Positions 17,634 to 27,386 are shown, counted from the first letter of the stretch. The stretch: 64,000 nucleotides of DNA from an uncultured Gemmatimonadales bacterium (GCA_963783305.1 CAWAMW010000015.1:55767-119766), one strand, 5' to 3'. Numbers and translations: made by a program. The notes: generated by a model from the sequence alone, not told the origin.

Positions 17634-20300
17634 CTACTCCTCGCGGAGCGACCGGCTGGGACTCACCCGCGCTGCCCGGAGGGCCGGGACCGCGCCCGCC
17701 AGTGCCCCGATGACCAGCACTATGACCGGCATGCCGACGAAGACCGCGGGATCCCGCGGGCTGATCTGGTACAGCTGACTCGACAGGACACGCACCGCTG
17801 CCAGCGAGGCCAGCGCCCCCAGGGTCACACCCACACCCACCAGCACCAGCGCTTCCCTGATGACCAGACCCGCCACGTCACGTGCGCGCGCGCCGAGCGC
17901 CTGCCGGATGCTGAGCTCGTGTGAGCGGAGCGACACCGCGTATGCCAGCACACCATAGATCCCGAGCGCGGCGAGAAGCGCGGCCAGCACGGCGAAGGAC
18001 GCGACCAGCAGCGAGACCAGCCGCGGTCTCGCCACCGCCTCCCCCACCACGTTTCGCATCGTGGTCAGATCGGCCACGGCCATGTCCGGGTCCAGCTCCT
18101 GGACGCGCGCGCGCACCTCCGGCGCGAGCGCTCCGCCGTTGGGAGACCGCACCACCAGGTTCAGGGAGGCGAACTCCGGCAGTTGACGGTACGGGACGAA
18201 CAGACCGGGCCGCCCCTCCGCCGCCACTTCCCGCTGCCGCACGTCGCCCACCACGCCCACCACCTCCAGCAGCAGCTCCTCCGCGCCCCACGGCAGCACC
18301 ACCCGGCGGCCCAGGGGGTCCCCGCCCGGCCAGTTCGCTTCGGCGAACGCTTCATTCACCAGAGCGACCCGTACACCGCCCGCCGCGTCGGCGCGCGTGA
18401 ACGTACGGCCCCGCAAAAGCGGGATCCCCAGAGCGTCGAGCACCTCGCCCGCCACCGCCTGCACCTCCGTCCCCGGCAGCTCCCCCGGGCCTGGACGCGG
18501 ACGATCGGGGAGGTAATAGCCGGTGGTGGTCCACGCACCGGTGAGCGGCAGCCAGGAGATCGCCCCGGCGGCGCGCACCTGGGGGAGCGCCCCCAGCGAT
18601 TCCACCGCCCGATCGACGAACGTCGCTCGCGCCTCTCCCTCGCGATACCCCGCGCCGCGGAGTGTGACTCTCGCCGTGAGCACGTCCTCCACCTGGATCC
18701 CCAGGTCGGCCCCACGCAGCTTCCCGAAGCTGCGCACCAGGAGTCCCGCGCCGATGAGCAGCATGAGGGAGAGCGCCACCTCGCCCACCACGATGGCCAC
18801 CCGTAGACGCCGCACCGAACGACCGCCGCCCCCGCTCCCACGCCCCTCCCGCAACAGCCCCAGCAGGTCGGAGCGGAAGGCGTGGAACGCAGGCGCGAGG
18901 CCGAAAATCGCGCCCGAAAGGATAGCGACGAGAGCGGCGAAGCCGAGCACATCCAGATCGACCGTGGCCTGGTCGAGGCGCGGCACTCGCAGCGACTCGG
19001 GCATCCCCACCACGAGCGCCCGCGTGGCGAGCCAGGCCAGGCCGGCCCCCAGGAGTCCGCCGGTCAGCGACAGCAGCAGGCTCTCCGTCAGCAGCTCTCG
19101 GAGGATCCGGCCGCGACCCGCGCCGAGCGACGCGCGCACCGCCAGCTCCGTGCGGCGGGACGCCGCCCGGACCAGCAGCAGGTTGGCGACGTTCACGACG
19201 GTGACCAGCAGAAGGACCCCCACAGCCGCGAGCACCACCAGCAGCGCCGGCCGCACATCGCCCTTCACCTGCTCATCCAGCGGGACCACACGCGCGCTCC
19301 ACTGGGCGTTGAACGCCGGGTACCCCTCCGCCAGCGAGCTGGAGATCGCCGCCATCTCCGCCTCCGCCGCCCCCATCGTCGCCCCCGGGGCCAGCCGTCC
19401 CACCACGCGGATGAACCGCCCCATGTCCGTACGGTTGCCCCAGGCAAAGTCCGTGGGCATCCAGAAGTCCACGTCCGGGGCGAAAAAGTCGAGATCGGGA
19501 CCCATCACCCCCACCACCTCCACGCGCCCTCCCACCAGGTCGATCTCGCGACCGAGGACGTCCCGATCGCCGCCGAAATGACGCATCCAGAAGCCGTGGC
19601 TCAGAACCACCACCGTCGCCCCGCCCGGAGGGGCGCGCCCTTCCTCGGGCGAGAACACCCGGCCCAGGCGCGGTTTCACCCCCAGGACCCGGAACAGCGC
19701 CGGGTCCGCAAGCTGCATCACGACTTCCCGCGCCTCTCCGTCCGCCAGCAACGTCACCGGCAGGTCGAAGATCGCCGCCAGCGACGAGAAGGTCTCGGAG
19801 CGCTCCCGCCAATCCCTGTAGTTTGCGGGGCTCACCAGGTTGTGCTCCGACCCCTCCTCCCCTTCGTGCGCCTCCCAGACCATGGCCACGCGCTCCGGCT
19901 CCGGCACCGGCAGCGGCTCCAGCAGAACGGCGTCCACGACCGAATAGATCGCGGTCGTCGCGCCGATCCCGAGCGCCAGCGTCACGAGCGCCAGAGCCGT
20001 GAAGGCCGGCGACCTCACCAGCGACCTCGCAGCGTATCGAATATCCCGTATCATGTCGCTCGCCCACTCCCGTCTCCGGGTGGCCCTCATCCGTCGGGTC
20101 GTTTCCTGAAGCATCTCGCGCCGTACCGCAGGCAGGTCGCCGAAGCGACGAAGCGCTTCCGCCCGCGCCTCCTCCGGCGACAGCCCCTCAGCCTCCAGCT
20201 CCGCAGCCCGAAGCGCCAGGTGCAGCTCGATCTCGGCATCCAGATCGGCGGCCGCCTGCTGCCCCGCGGGACGCGGCACACGCAGGATCCGACGACGCAC
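17634..20300 (-). CDS. ADOP-family duplicated MacB/FtsX-type permease with N-terminal prefix domain
   Basis: GTG at 20300 lies 6 nt after AGGAGG (an alternative GTG at 20315 overlaps the PadR stop as GTGA). The prefix domain is LDAEIELHLALRAAELEAEGLSPEEARAEALRRFGD. Then come IRDIRYAARSLVRSPAFTALALVTLALGIG, two MacB periplasmic domains and two FtsX 4-TM modules. Confidence 0.85.
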   Translation of the reverse strand: MRRRILRVPRPAGQQAAADLDAEIELHLALRAAELEAEGLSPEEARAEALRRFGDLPAVRREMLQETTRRMRATRRREWASDMIRDIRYAARSLVRSPAFTALALVTLALGIGATTAIYSVVDAVLLEPLPVPEPERVAMVWEAHEGEEGSEHNLVSPANYRDWRERSETFSSLAAIFDLPVTLLADGEAREVVMQLADPALFRVLGVKPRLGRVFSPEEGRAPPGGATVVVLSHGFWMRHFGGDRDVLGREIDLVGGRVEVVGVMGPDLDFFAPDVDFWMPTDFAWGNRTDMGRFIRVVGRLAPGATMGAAEAEMAAISSSLAEGYPAFNAQWSARVVPLDEQVKGDVRPALLVVLAAVGVLLLVTVVNVANLLLVRAASRRTELAVRASLGAGRGRILRELLTESLLLSLTGGLLGAGLAWLATRALVVGMPESLRVPRLDQATVDLDVLGFAALVAILSGAIFGLAPAFHAFRSDLLGLLREGRGSGGGGRSVRRLRVAIVVGEVALSLMLLIGAGLLVRSFGKLRGADLGIQVEDVLTARVTLRGAGYREGEARATFVDRAVESLGALPQVRAAGAISWLPLTGAWTTTGYYLPDRPRPGPGELPGTEVQAVAGEVLDALGIPLLRGRTFTRADAAGGVRVALVNEAFAEANWPGGDPLGRRVVLPWGAEELLLEVVGVVGDVRQREVAAEGRPGLFVPYRQLPEFASLNLVVRSPNGGALAPEVRARVQELDPDMAVADLTTMRNVVGEAVARPRLVSLLVASFAVLAALLAALGIYGVLAYAVSLRSHELSIRQALGARARDVAGLVIREALVLVGVGVTLGALASLAAVRVLSSQLYQISPRDPAVFVGMPVIVLVIGALAGAVPALRAARVSPSRSLREE

Positions 20301-20311
20301 GCCCGACCTCC

Positions 20312-20644
20312 TCACGCGGGCGTCAACACCAGCTGCACCGCCTTCGCGTACAGCCGCCAGTTCTCCACCTCCGCCACCAGCTGCTGCCGGCCTCGGGCCG
20401 TCAAGGTGTAGACCTTGGCCCGGCGGTTCGTTTCCGTGAGCCCCCACTCCGCCTCGACCAGACCCCGCCCCTCCAACCGGTGCAGCGCCTGGTACAACGC
20501 CGACTCCTCCACCCCTAACAGCCCGTCCGTTCGCTCCCGCAGCCACTTCGACACCGCGTACCCGTGCATCGGCTCCCACGCCAACGTCCGCAGTACCAGC
20601 AGGTCCAGGGTCCCGCGCAAGAGGTCCAGCGTCTCCGTACCCAT
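20312..20644 (-). CDS. PadR family transcriptional regulator
   Basis: MGTETLDLLRGTLDLLVLRTLAWEPMHGYAVSKWLRERTDG..ALYQALHRLEGRGLVEAEWG..RAKVYTLTARG is a canonical PadR winged HTH. It sits immediately upstream of, and coupled to, the ADOP permease. Confidence 0.85.
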   Translation of the reverse strand: MGTETLDLLRGTLDLLVLRTLAWEPMHGYAVSKWLRERTDGLLGVEESALYQALHRLEGRGLVEAEWGLTETNRRAKVYTLTARGRQQLVAEVENWRLYAKAVQLVLTPA

Positions 20645-20858
20645 GTCACCCCCCAGGTTCTGACCCATAAGCATCTATAGTATGACCGTGAGATCGCGCT
20701 CAGGCAATGGTCGTACAACGCCTGGACCCTTCAGCGGCCTGCGAGAACCTTCGGTGGGGCACCTCGACCGAGCGGGAGGAAATGGAGGAACGGCCCGCCC
20801 CGCCTACCGCGGAACGGGCCGTTCTCCCGTGGGGTCGCTGCTGCCCGGCGGTGGCGGC

Positions 20859-21089
20859 TCAGGCCCCCGGCTGGCGCGGCTCGCGCGGTGGGGGCGGCTC
20901 GCGCGGCGGGGGCGGCGGAGTGCGGGCCTCGGTGTCCCGCAGGTTCCCGGCGAGGCTGATGATGGCGATCCCCGCCACGACCACGACGCCGATGGTGATC
21001 CAGAGGGTGGGCACGCCCAGAATGGAAGCGGCCCAGGCCAGTCCTGCGATGAGAACGATGAATCCGAGTACGTAGAGTGCTGTCGCCAT
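20859..21089 (-). CDS. small two-TM protein with proline-rich tail
   Basis: ATG at 21089 follows AAAGGAGAGACGAAC. The product is MATALYVLGFIVLIAGLAWAASILGVPTLWITIGVVVVAGIAIISLAGN.. followed by the tail PPPPPREPPPPREPRQPGA, which is encoded by an 18-bp tandem duplication (20877..20912). Confidence 0.5.
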   Translation of the reverse strand: MATALYVLGFIVLIAGLAWAASILGVPTLWITIGVVVVAGIAIISLAGNLRDTEARTPPPPPREPPPPREPRQPGA

Positions 21090-21343
21090 GTTCGTCTCTC
21101 CTTTTGTCATGCGCAGGGGCAAGTAGCTTGCCACTCGAGCGGCCGGGGGGTTGACATGCGACGGTTTTCCCGCGAGGCTTGTGTCTGGCGAACAGTCCGG
21201 CCGAGTCCGGACACCAGCAACGTGAGGACCTGGGCGCTTACCGCTCGGGTCTTTTTTGTTGGCCGCCAGAAAGAGGTGAGTTCGAGAGGTACGGAAATAC
21301 CGTTACCCCGGGAGCACCACAAGAACACAGGGAGTACGGTATT

Positions 21344-21550
21344 ATGCGTACCAAGGGAACCGTGAAGTGGTTCAACGACGAGAAGGGCTTTGGCTTCATC
21401 ACGCCTGAGGACGGCAGCAAGGACTGCTTCGTCCATCACAGCGCGATCCAGGCCCAGGGCTTCAAGAGCCTGTCCGAGGGACAGGCCGTCGAGTTCGACG
21501 TCGTGCAGGGCCAGAAGGGCCCCGCCGCGGAGAACGTCCACGCGGTCTGA
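21344..21550 (+). CDS. cspA: cold-shock protein, CspA family
   Basis: [36 protein letters not shown].. contains the RNP1 (KGFGFI) and RNP2 (VFVHH-like) motifs. It is 68 aa, with a long leader of about 200 nt as usual for csp genes. Confidence 0.95.
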   Translation: MRTKGTVKWFNDEKGFGFITPEDGSKDCFVHHSAIQAQGFKSLSEGQAVEFDVVQGQKGPAAENVHAV

Positions 21551-21599
21551 CCGTAGAGGACACCTCGTCGTGACGGCCTCGCCGTCATGATGTCGAGCG

Positions 21600-21632
21600 G
21601 CCGCCCCGGTGATCACCGGGGCGGCTGTTTCG
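21600..21632 (+). terminator. rho-independent-like terminator after cspA
   Basis: A perfect 24-nt palindrome CCGCCCCGGTGATCACCGGGGCGG (21601..21624) is followed by CTGTTTCG. Confidence 0.6.
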
Positions 21633-21733
21633 CGTTCGGGGAGGACCCACCGCCGCGCAGCGGGGTACGAGGAAACTCACCCTTTCGGACGCCCCCCGTG
21701 GTTCGATCTTCTCGATGGACTGGAGCGCCTCTC

Positions 21734-21907
21734 ATGGCCAAGGTCAGGATCAGCAAGAAAGATGGAACATCCACTCCCTACTTCTGGTCCGACAAGGATT
21801 CGGAGGACCGGACGAAGAAAACGGTCTACAAGCAGACCACCGATGGCGTGAAGCGGATGCGGGGCGTGCATTTCGACCCCGTGACGAACCGCATGCACAA
21901 GCACTGA
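21734..21907 (+). CDS. small basic hypothetical protein (57 aa)
   Basis: The product is MAKVRISKKDGTSTPYFWSDKDSEDRTKKTVYKQTTDGVKRMRGVHFDPVTNRMHKH. GGAG lies about 9 nt upstream. Codon usage is plausible but G+C is lower than in neighbouring genes. No family is recognised. Confidence 0.4.
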   Translation: MAKVRISKKDGTSTPYFWSDKDSEDRTKKTVYKQTTDGVKRMRGVHFDPVTNRMHKH

Positions 21908-22008
21908 CTTCTGGTAGGAACCGGCGCCCGCCTGAGAACGCAAACGGGGGGGGCGGCCGGCTCTTTGGTATCACCTCTGACGCTCTTGAGCGCCGCTTCC
22001 ACCGCGTT

Positions 22009-22467
22009 CTAACGGTCTCGCATGGCGGCGGTGAGCACCCGGTCGAGCGCGGCCGCGAACGCCTGCTTCTCCTTCTTGCCGTAAGGTTTCGCTCCACCGG
22101 TCTCCACCCCGGCCCCCCGAAGCGAGTCCATGAAGTCCCGGATGGAAAGCCGCTCCCGCACGTTCTCCGCGGTATAGAGATCGCCGCGAGGATCCAGCAC
22201 CATCACATCCTTCTCCACCAGGTCCGCGGCCAGCGGAATGTCCGCGGTGATGGCCAGGTCGCCGGCAGAGGCGTGGTCGACAATGTGACGATCGGCCACG
22301 TCAGGACCCCCGGGCACCCGGACCGCGCTCACATACGGATTGTGCCGTGGCGTCCCCATGGACTGGTTCGCCACGAGCACGGTCTCCAGCTCCAGCCGCT
22401 TCGCCGCGCGATACAGGATCTCCTTCACGTCCCGCGGCGCCGCGTCGGCATCGACCCAGATCTTCAT
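22009..22467 (-). CDS. yaiI: YaiI/YqxD family protein (UPF0178/DUF188)
   Basis: Internal ATG at 22467 gives MKIWVDADAAPRDVKEILYRAAKRLELETVLVAN..DVADRHIV..GDLAITADIPLAA, the typical DUF188 pattern. The start overlaps the upstream stop (ATGA). Confidence 0.8.
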   Translation of the reverse strand: MKIWVDADAAPRDVKEILYRAAKRLELETVLVANQSMGTPRHNPYVSAVRVPGGPDVADRHIVDHASAGDLAITADIPLAADLVEKDVMVLDPRGDLYTAENVRERLSIRDFMDSLRGAGVETGGAKPYGKKEKQAFAAALDRVLTAAMRDR

Positions 22468-23117
22468 ATCCGCTGCTCCAGCAGCCATTCCGCCACCCTC
22501 TCTTCCTGATACGCGCGGTCCCACGAGTTGTGTCCTATGCCCGGATAGAGCGTGAGCTTTGGATCGCCACCCGCGGCCCGGACAGCCTCCACCATGCTCT
22601 CGGAGTGCCGCGGCGGGACGACCGGATCGGCCTCGCCGTGGAACGCCCAGGTCGGCAGACCGGCAAGCTCGGGCGCGTCCGCGGGGTCGCCGCCGCCGCA
22701 GACGGGCGCGATGGCCGCGAAGAGATCTCGCCGACGCGCGCCCAGCAGCCATGAGCCGAAGCCGCCCAGGGACACACCGGTCAGGTAGATGCGGGCAGGA
22801 TCCACCGCCCACTCATCGCGGGTCTGCGCGAGGGCGCCCAGCGCCAGGCTGGCGTGCTCTACCCAGCCGTGCGGGTCTCGCGGCTTCTGCGGAAACACCG
22901 CAATGAAAGGCCAGCGGTCCGGCGCCAGCATGATGGCGGGGCCGAGCCCAACGGCCACCTGCGCCCACCCGTCGGTGCCCTCCTCGCCGCGGCCGTGGAG
23001 AAAGAGGAGGGCTGGGGTGAGCTCCACCGGATCGTAGGTATCGGGGACGTACACCACGTAACGGCGCTCTGCGCCGCCGTTGACCCAGTATCTCCGCAGG
23101 AATCCGCGCTCGCTCAT
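22464..23117 (-). CDS. alpha/beta hydrolase (carboxylesterase / PHB-depolymerase-like)
   Basis: LLFLHGRGE, the nucleophile elbow GVSLGG, and FHGEADPVVP plus GIGHNSW for the Asp and His of the triad. Confidence 0.8.
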   Translation of the reverse strand: MSERGFLRRYWVNGGAERRYVVYVPDTYDPVELTPALLFLHGRGEEGTDGWAQVAVGLGPAIMLAPDRWPFIAVFPQKPRDPHGWVEHASLALGALAQTRDEWAVDPARIYLTGVSLGGFGSWLLGARRRDLFAAIAPVCGGGDPADAPELAGLPTWAFHGEADPVVPPRHSESMVEAVRAAGGDPKLTLYPGIGHNSWDRAYQEERVAEWLLEQRI

Positions 23118-23171
23118 GTCACCAAGATACGGCCGGGAGACCGGGCGTGCCGGCGGCGGCCGACCGCTTCC

Positions 23172-24431
23172 CTAGGCCGCCGCCGCACGCCCGCGCGCCC
23201 GACGCAGCTGCACGTCGCGCCGAAGCGTCGGCAGCTGCCGACGGAACACCGCCGCTGCACCCAGCGCGATGACCCCGCCGATCATGACCGTGGTCGGTGC
23301 CCCCACGTGCTCGGCCATCCAGCCGGAATAGAGGCTGCCGAGCGGCAGCGTGCCGATGAAAGCCATGGTGTACAGGCTCATGATCCGGCCGCGCATGGCC
23401 TCGCCCACGATGGACTGGAGGAACGTGTTCGAGGCCGCGGACTGCACCATCAGCCCGAACCCCGCCACCGCCAGGACCGGAAGTGACAGCCAGACGGAAG
23501 GGGAGGCCCCGAAGAGGAGCAGCCCACCGCCGAAGAGGGACGCGGACCCGCCGATGAGGGACCCCAGCCCGGTCGTTTTCTCGCGCGCGGCGAGGAAGAG
23601 CGCCCCTGTGAGCGCTCCCACCCCCTGCGCTGTCATTAGGAGCCCCAGGGTACCGGGTCCTCCCCCCAGCACGTCGGAGGCGAATACGGGCATGAGCACC
23701 ACGAACGGCACTGCGAAGAAACTGATGACGGTGATGAGGAGGAGCACCGCCCGGATCGCCGGGAAGCGCCACGCGAACTCGAACCCCTCACGCAGGTTCC
23801 CGAGGACGCTGGTCGGGCTCCCCCGCTCCGCCACCGGCTTCACGCGCATGAGGAGGAGCGCCAGCAGCATCGAGAAGTAGGTGATGCCGTTGAGGGCGAA
23901 GACCCAACCCTCCCCTATCAGCGCAATGAGGATCCCCGCGATGGACGGGCCAATGAGCCGAGCCACGTTGAACACGCTCGAATTCAGCGCAATGGCGTTC
24001 CCGAGATCATCCGGATCATCGATGAGCTGGACGAAGAACGACTGGCGGGCGGGAATGTCGAACGAATCCAGAATGCCCAGGAACATGGCCAGTGCCAGGA
24101 CGTGCCACACCTGGATGACGCCCGAGAGGACGAGCGCCGCGAGCACCAGCGCCTGGAGCATGCTCAGGGACTGTGTGAAATAGAGGATCCGGCGGCGATC
24201 CCAGCGGTCGGCGGCCACACCGGCAAACGGCGCCAACAGGAGCGTCGGGATGCGGCCGGCGAACCCCACCAGCCCCAGGATGAGGGCGGAATCGGTGAGA
24301 CGATACACCAGCCAGCCCATGGCCACTCGCTGCATCCACGTGCCGATGAGCGAAAGTCCCTGGCCCGTGAAGTACAGCCGGAAGTCCCTCGCCCGGAGTG
24401 ACCTGGTCGCCCTCCGTGCGGCGCCCCGCAT
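23172..24431 (-). CDS. MFS transporter
   Basis: RDFRLYFTGQGLSLIGTWMQRVAMGWLVY.. with about 12 TM helices. The start is taken at internal ATG 24431. The track ORF begins at a GTG at 24521 with an Arg/Gly-rich extension. Confidence 0.8.
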   Translation of the reverse strand: MRGAARRATRSLRARDFRLYFTGQGLSLIGTWMQRVAMGWLVYRLTDSALILGLVGFAGRIPTLLLAPFAGVAADRWDRRRILYFTQSLSMLQALVLAALVLSGVIQVWHVLALAMFLGILDSFDIPARQSFFVQLIDDPDDLGNAIALNSSVFNVARLIGPSIAGILIALIGEGWVFALNGITYFSMLLALLLMRVKPVAERGSPTSVLGNLREGFEFAWRFPAIRAVLLLITVISFFAVPFVVLMPVFASDVLGGGPGTLGLLMTAQGVGALTGALFLAAREKTTGLGSLIGGSASLFGGGLLLFGASPSVWLSLPVLAVAGFGLMVQSAASNTFLQSIVGEAMRGRIMSLYTMAFIGTLPLGSLYSGWMAEHVGAPTTVMIGGVIALGAAAVFRRQLPTLRRDVQLRRARGRAAAA

Positions 24432-24671
24432 CCCGCGGCGCGCCGCCGTCACCCGTCCTGTCGTGCCTGTTCTCACCTGGTTCCAATCCCCGCCATTCCC
24501 GCGCCGCCCGACTGCCGCCACAGTTCCTCACATACCCTGCCCAATCAGGGTGTTCCCATCCGCTGCTGGGCATCAACGGGGTCGACCCCGCCGGGGTACG
24601 GTCCTATATTCGGCACGAGCGGCGACAACCGACGCCCCGGGACCTCCTCGGTACACTCTGGATCCGACTAG

Positions 24672-27380
24672 ATGGACAGGCATCGCGCCATGAAGCGCCT
24701 CCTCCCGGTGGGGATCGGACCGCTGAGACTCGGGGCCGCTGAGCGGTTCGCGCTTCGCGTTGCTCTGCTTTTCGGCGTGTTCGGGGTGGCCTGGATATTC
24801 CTGTCCGACCATCTGGTCAATGCTCGCCTGGTTCCGCTGGACGCCGCCGCGGTCCAGACCTTCAAGGGCCTCCTGTTCGTGGCGCTCTCCGCGTCCCTGA
24901 TCTTCGCCGTCTCCCGGCACGGCTATCGGAGCCTCGCGTTCGTGGCACAGCGGCTCGCGGACGTACAGCGCCTGTCCCACACCGGGGACTGGTCCCTGGA
25001 CACCGGGACGGGCGAGATCCGCGCCTCCGACGAGCTCCACCGCATCTACGGCCGCGAGCCGCAGGACGGTCCGCTCTCCAGTGAGGTGATGCACGACGCG
25101 ATTCACGCCGAGGACAGGGAGTGGGTCGTGGAGACGATTAGCGCTGGTATGGCCAGCGTCAGCGAGTACGAGGTGGAGCACCGGATCGTCCGACCGGATG
25201 GCAGTGTTCGATTCGTGCATTCGCGCGGGGAACCCTGGTGGCGTGCCGACGGCTCGGTGGGCGGTATCTGCGGAACCGTGCACGACATCACGGTACGGCA
25301 CGAAGCGGAAGCGGCTCTGCGCCGGAGGGTCGAAATCGAGGGAGCGCTGGCGCGAATCTCGTCGGTGCTGGCGTCGGGAGCCGCGGACGCCCTGGACCAG
25401 ACCCTTCAGGTGATTGGCCCCCTGCTCGCCACCAGTCGCGCCGGGATCTACCTGTTCAGCGACGATCGGCGATCCCTGGCCGCGGCGCACGAATGGTGCG
25501 CTCCGGGAGTGGCTTCCCTTCGGTCGAGGCTCCAGGGCGTGCCCGTGGAGAGGCTTCCGTGGTGGCTGGGCCAGGTCAACGCCGGCGATGCCATCCGCTA
25601 CGCCGATGTGGACGAGCTGCCGGACTCCGCCCAGAAGGAGAAGGCCTTTTTCGTGGCCCACGGGGTCCGCAGTGTGGTCGCGCTGCCGCTCGAGGGGCGC
25701 GATCCCGTCTCCGGTTTTCTGGGCCTTCACAGCCACGCGCCCCGGCGGTGGACCGATCCGGAAATCGAGTTGCTGAGGCTGGTGGCGCGTACGGTCGCCA
25801 CGGAGCTCGAACGGCGGCGAGCGGAGGAGCGCTTGCGGTTCCTTTCCAGGGCCGTGGAGCAGAGCCCTGCCTCCATCATGATCACCGACCTCACCGGCGC
25901 CATCGTCTACGTCAACCCGAAGTTCTGTGCGGTCACGGGCTACCGCTCGGACGAGGTGCTGGGCAGGAACCCGCGCCTCCTCCAGTCCGGCGTCCACCCG
26001 CCCTCATTCTACGAGGAGCTGTGGCGCACCATTACCGCCGGGCAGGAGTGGCGGGGCGAGCTGCGGAACCGGCGGAAGAGCGGCGAGACCTTCCTCGAGG
26101 TCGTGGCGATCTCACCGGTGGTGGGCATGGACGGCGAGGTGACCCACTTCGTGGCGGTGAAGGAGGACGTGACGGAGAGCCGTGTGCTCCAGAAGAAGTT
26201 CGAGGAATCGCAGAAGATGGAAGCGGTGGGACGGCTTGCGGGAGGGATCGCCCACGACTTCAACAATGTCCTCACGGCCATTGGCGGGCACGCGCGCCTG
26301 ATGCTCGACGAGGTCACTCCGACCCACCCGCTGCGCGACGATGTGGAGGAGATCGTCTCGGCGTCCGACCGGGCCGCTGGTGTGATCCGTCAGCTTCTAC
26401 TCTTCAGCCGCCGCGCCAGCAGCAACCCGACTGTGGTGGACCTGAAGCATGCGGTGGACGGCATACGCCGGATGCTGAAGCGTCTGCTGGGCGAGGACGT
26501 GCGGCTGCTGGTGGAGGCGGTCGGGGAAGCGAGCGCGGTCCGCGCCGACCGGTCGCAGATCGACCAGATCCTGATGAACCTGGTGATCAACGCCAGGGAT
26601 GCCATGCCCGCCGGCGGCACGCTGCAGATCCAGCTGGAGCGGGTGGAGCTTCGTCCCGAAGACGTCGAGGAGCGGGAGGCGCTGCGACCCGGCCCGCACG
26701 TCCGGCTCAGCGTCGCCGACACCGGGACCGGGATTGAGCCGGAAGTGCAGGAGCACCTGTTCGAGCCGTTCTTCACCACGAAGGATCCGGGCAAGGGGAC
26801 GGGTCTCGGTCTGGCGACGGTCTTCGGGATGGTCCGGGAGAACGACGGCCACATCGAGGTGCAGAGTGATCTCGGTCGGGGCAGCACGTTCACCATCTAC
26901 TTTCCCGAGGTCCCGCTCCTGAGCACTGGTCCGGTGACGGGGCCACCGGGAGAGGCCGGCGCGCCCGGCGGAAGCGAGCCGGAATCGACCGACCGAGCCC
27001 CCGTGGTTCTCGTGGCGGAGGACGAATCGGCCGTTCGCGCGCTGGTGCGGCGCGTGCTCATTCGTCAGGGATACGAGGTTCTCGAGGCATGCGATGGCGC
27101 GGAGGCCGAGTACGTCTCCGACACCTATAACGGTCGGATCGACCTGCTCCTGACCGATACCGTCATGCCCGGGTTGCGGGGCCCGGAGGTGGCTCGGCGG
27201 CTGAACATGAGCCGACCCGAGCTCAGCATCCTCTTCATGAGCGGCTACACCTTCGACGAAGCGACCGTCCACACCATTCCGGACGGTGCCCCATTCCTCG
27301 CCAAGCCGTTCACGCCCGAAGCGCTGCACCGTGCGGTACAGGATGCGCTCGTAGCGGGAAAGACCTCGTCCAGCGGCTGA
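24672..27380 (+). CDS. hybrid sensor histidine kinase/response regulator (2 TM, PAS-GAF-PAS, HisKA-HATPase, REC)
   Basis: The H-box is GGIAHDFNNVLTAIGGHARL and the N box is DQILMNLVINARDAM. G boxes are DTGTGI and GKGTGLGLATV. The C-terminal receiver has VLVAEDES..DLLLTDTVMPGLRG..SGY..LAKPF. A GAF-like region is present, and PAS repeats include ..SIMITDLTGAIVYVNPKFCAVTGY... Confidence 0.9.
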   Translation: MDRHRAMKRLLPVGIGPLRLGAAERFALRVALLFGVFGVAWIFLSDHLVNARLVPLDAAAVQTFKGLLFVALSASLIFAVSRHGYRSLAFVAQRLADVQRLSHTGDWSLDTGTGEIRASDELHRIYGREPQDGPLSSEVMHDAIHAEDREWVVETISAGMASVSEYEVEHRIVRPDGSVRFVHSRGEPWWRADGSVGGICGTVHDITVRHEAEAALRRRVEIEGALARISSVLASGAADALDQTLQVIGPLLATSRAGIYLFSDDRRSLAAAHEWCAPGVASLRSRLQGVPVERLPWWLGQVNAGDAIRYADVDELPDSAQKEKAFFVAHGVRSVVALPLEGRDPVSGFLGLHSHAPRRWTDPEIELLRLVARTVATELERRRAEERLRFLSRAVEQSPASIMITDLTGAIVYVNPKFCAVTGYRSDEVLGRNPRLLQSGVHPPSFYEELWRTITAGQEWRGELRNRRKSGETFLEVVAISPVVGMDGEVTHFVAVKEDVTESRVLQKKFEESQKMEAVGRLAGGIAHDFNNVLTAIGGHARLMLDEVTPTHPLRDDVEEIVSASDRAAGVIRQLLLFSRRASSNPTVVDLKHAVDGIRRMLKRLLGEDVRLLVEAVGEASAVRADRSQIDQILMNLVINARDAMPAGGTLQIQLERVELRPEDVEEREALRPGPHVRLSVADTGTGIEPEVQEHLFEPFFTTKDPGKGTGLGLATVFGMVRENDGHIEVQSDLGRGSTFTIYFPEVPLLSTGPVTGPPGEAGAPGGSEPESTDRAPVVLVAEDESAVRALVRRVLIRQGYEVLEACDGAEAEYVSDTYNGRIDLLLTDTVMPGLRGPEVARRLNMSRPELSILFMSGYTFDEATVHTIPDGAPFLAKPFTPEALHRAVQDALVAGKTSSSG

Positions 27381-27386
27381 GCCCGT

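Noticed and set aside
18183-20411. Plus-strand ORFs of 207, 352 and 509 aa, plus minus-strand alternate-frame ORFs, inside the ADOP permease
   Set aside because: They are antisense or out of frame relative to a gene with unambiguous FtsX/MacB architecture. Their products are Arg/Pro/His-rich.
20645-20700. Possible PadR operator in the AT-rich stretch CATAAGCATCTATAGTATG upstream of padR
   Set aside because: It has only weak dyad symmetry and does not match the ATGT-N8-ACAT type PadR sites that I remember. It is probably just the promoter -10 region.
24578-24589. GC-rich 12-bp palindrome GGGGTCGACCCC in the MFS / histidine-kinase divergent region
   Set aside because: Palindromes of this length and composition are expected many times by chance in 64 kb of high-GC DNA. 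There is nothing else to support a function.
24573-25997. 474-aa minus-strand ORF, and the 499-aa plus-strand alternate-frame ORF at 25238..26737
   Set aside because: Both overlap the hybrid histidine kinase, whose frame shows H, N and G boxes and a receiver domain. These frames show only low-complexity Arg/Gly/Pro sequence.
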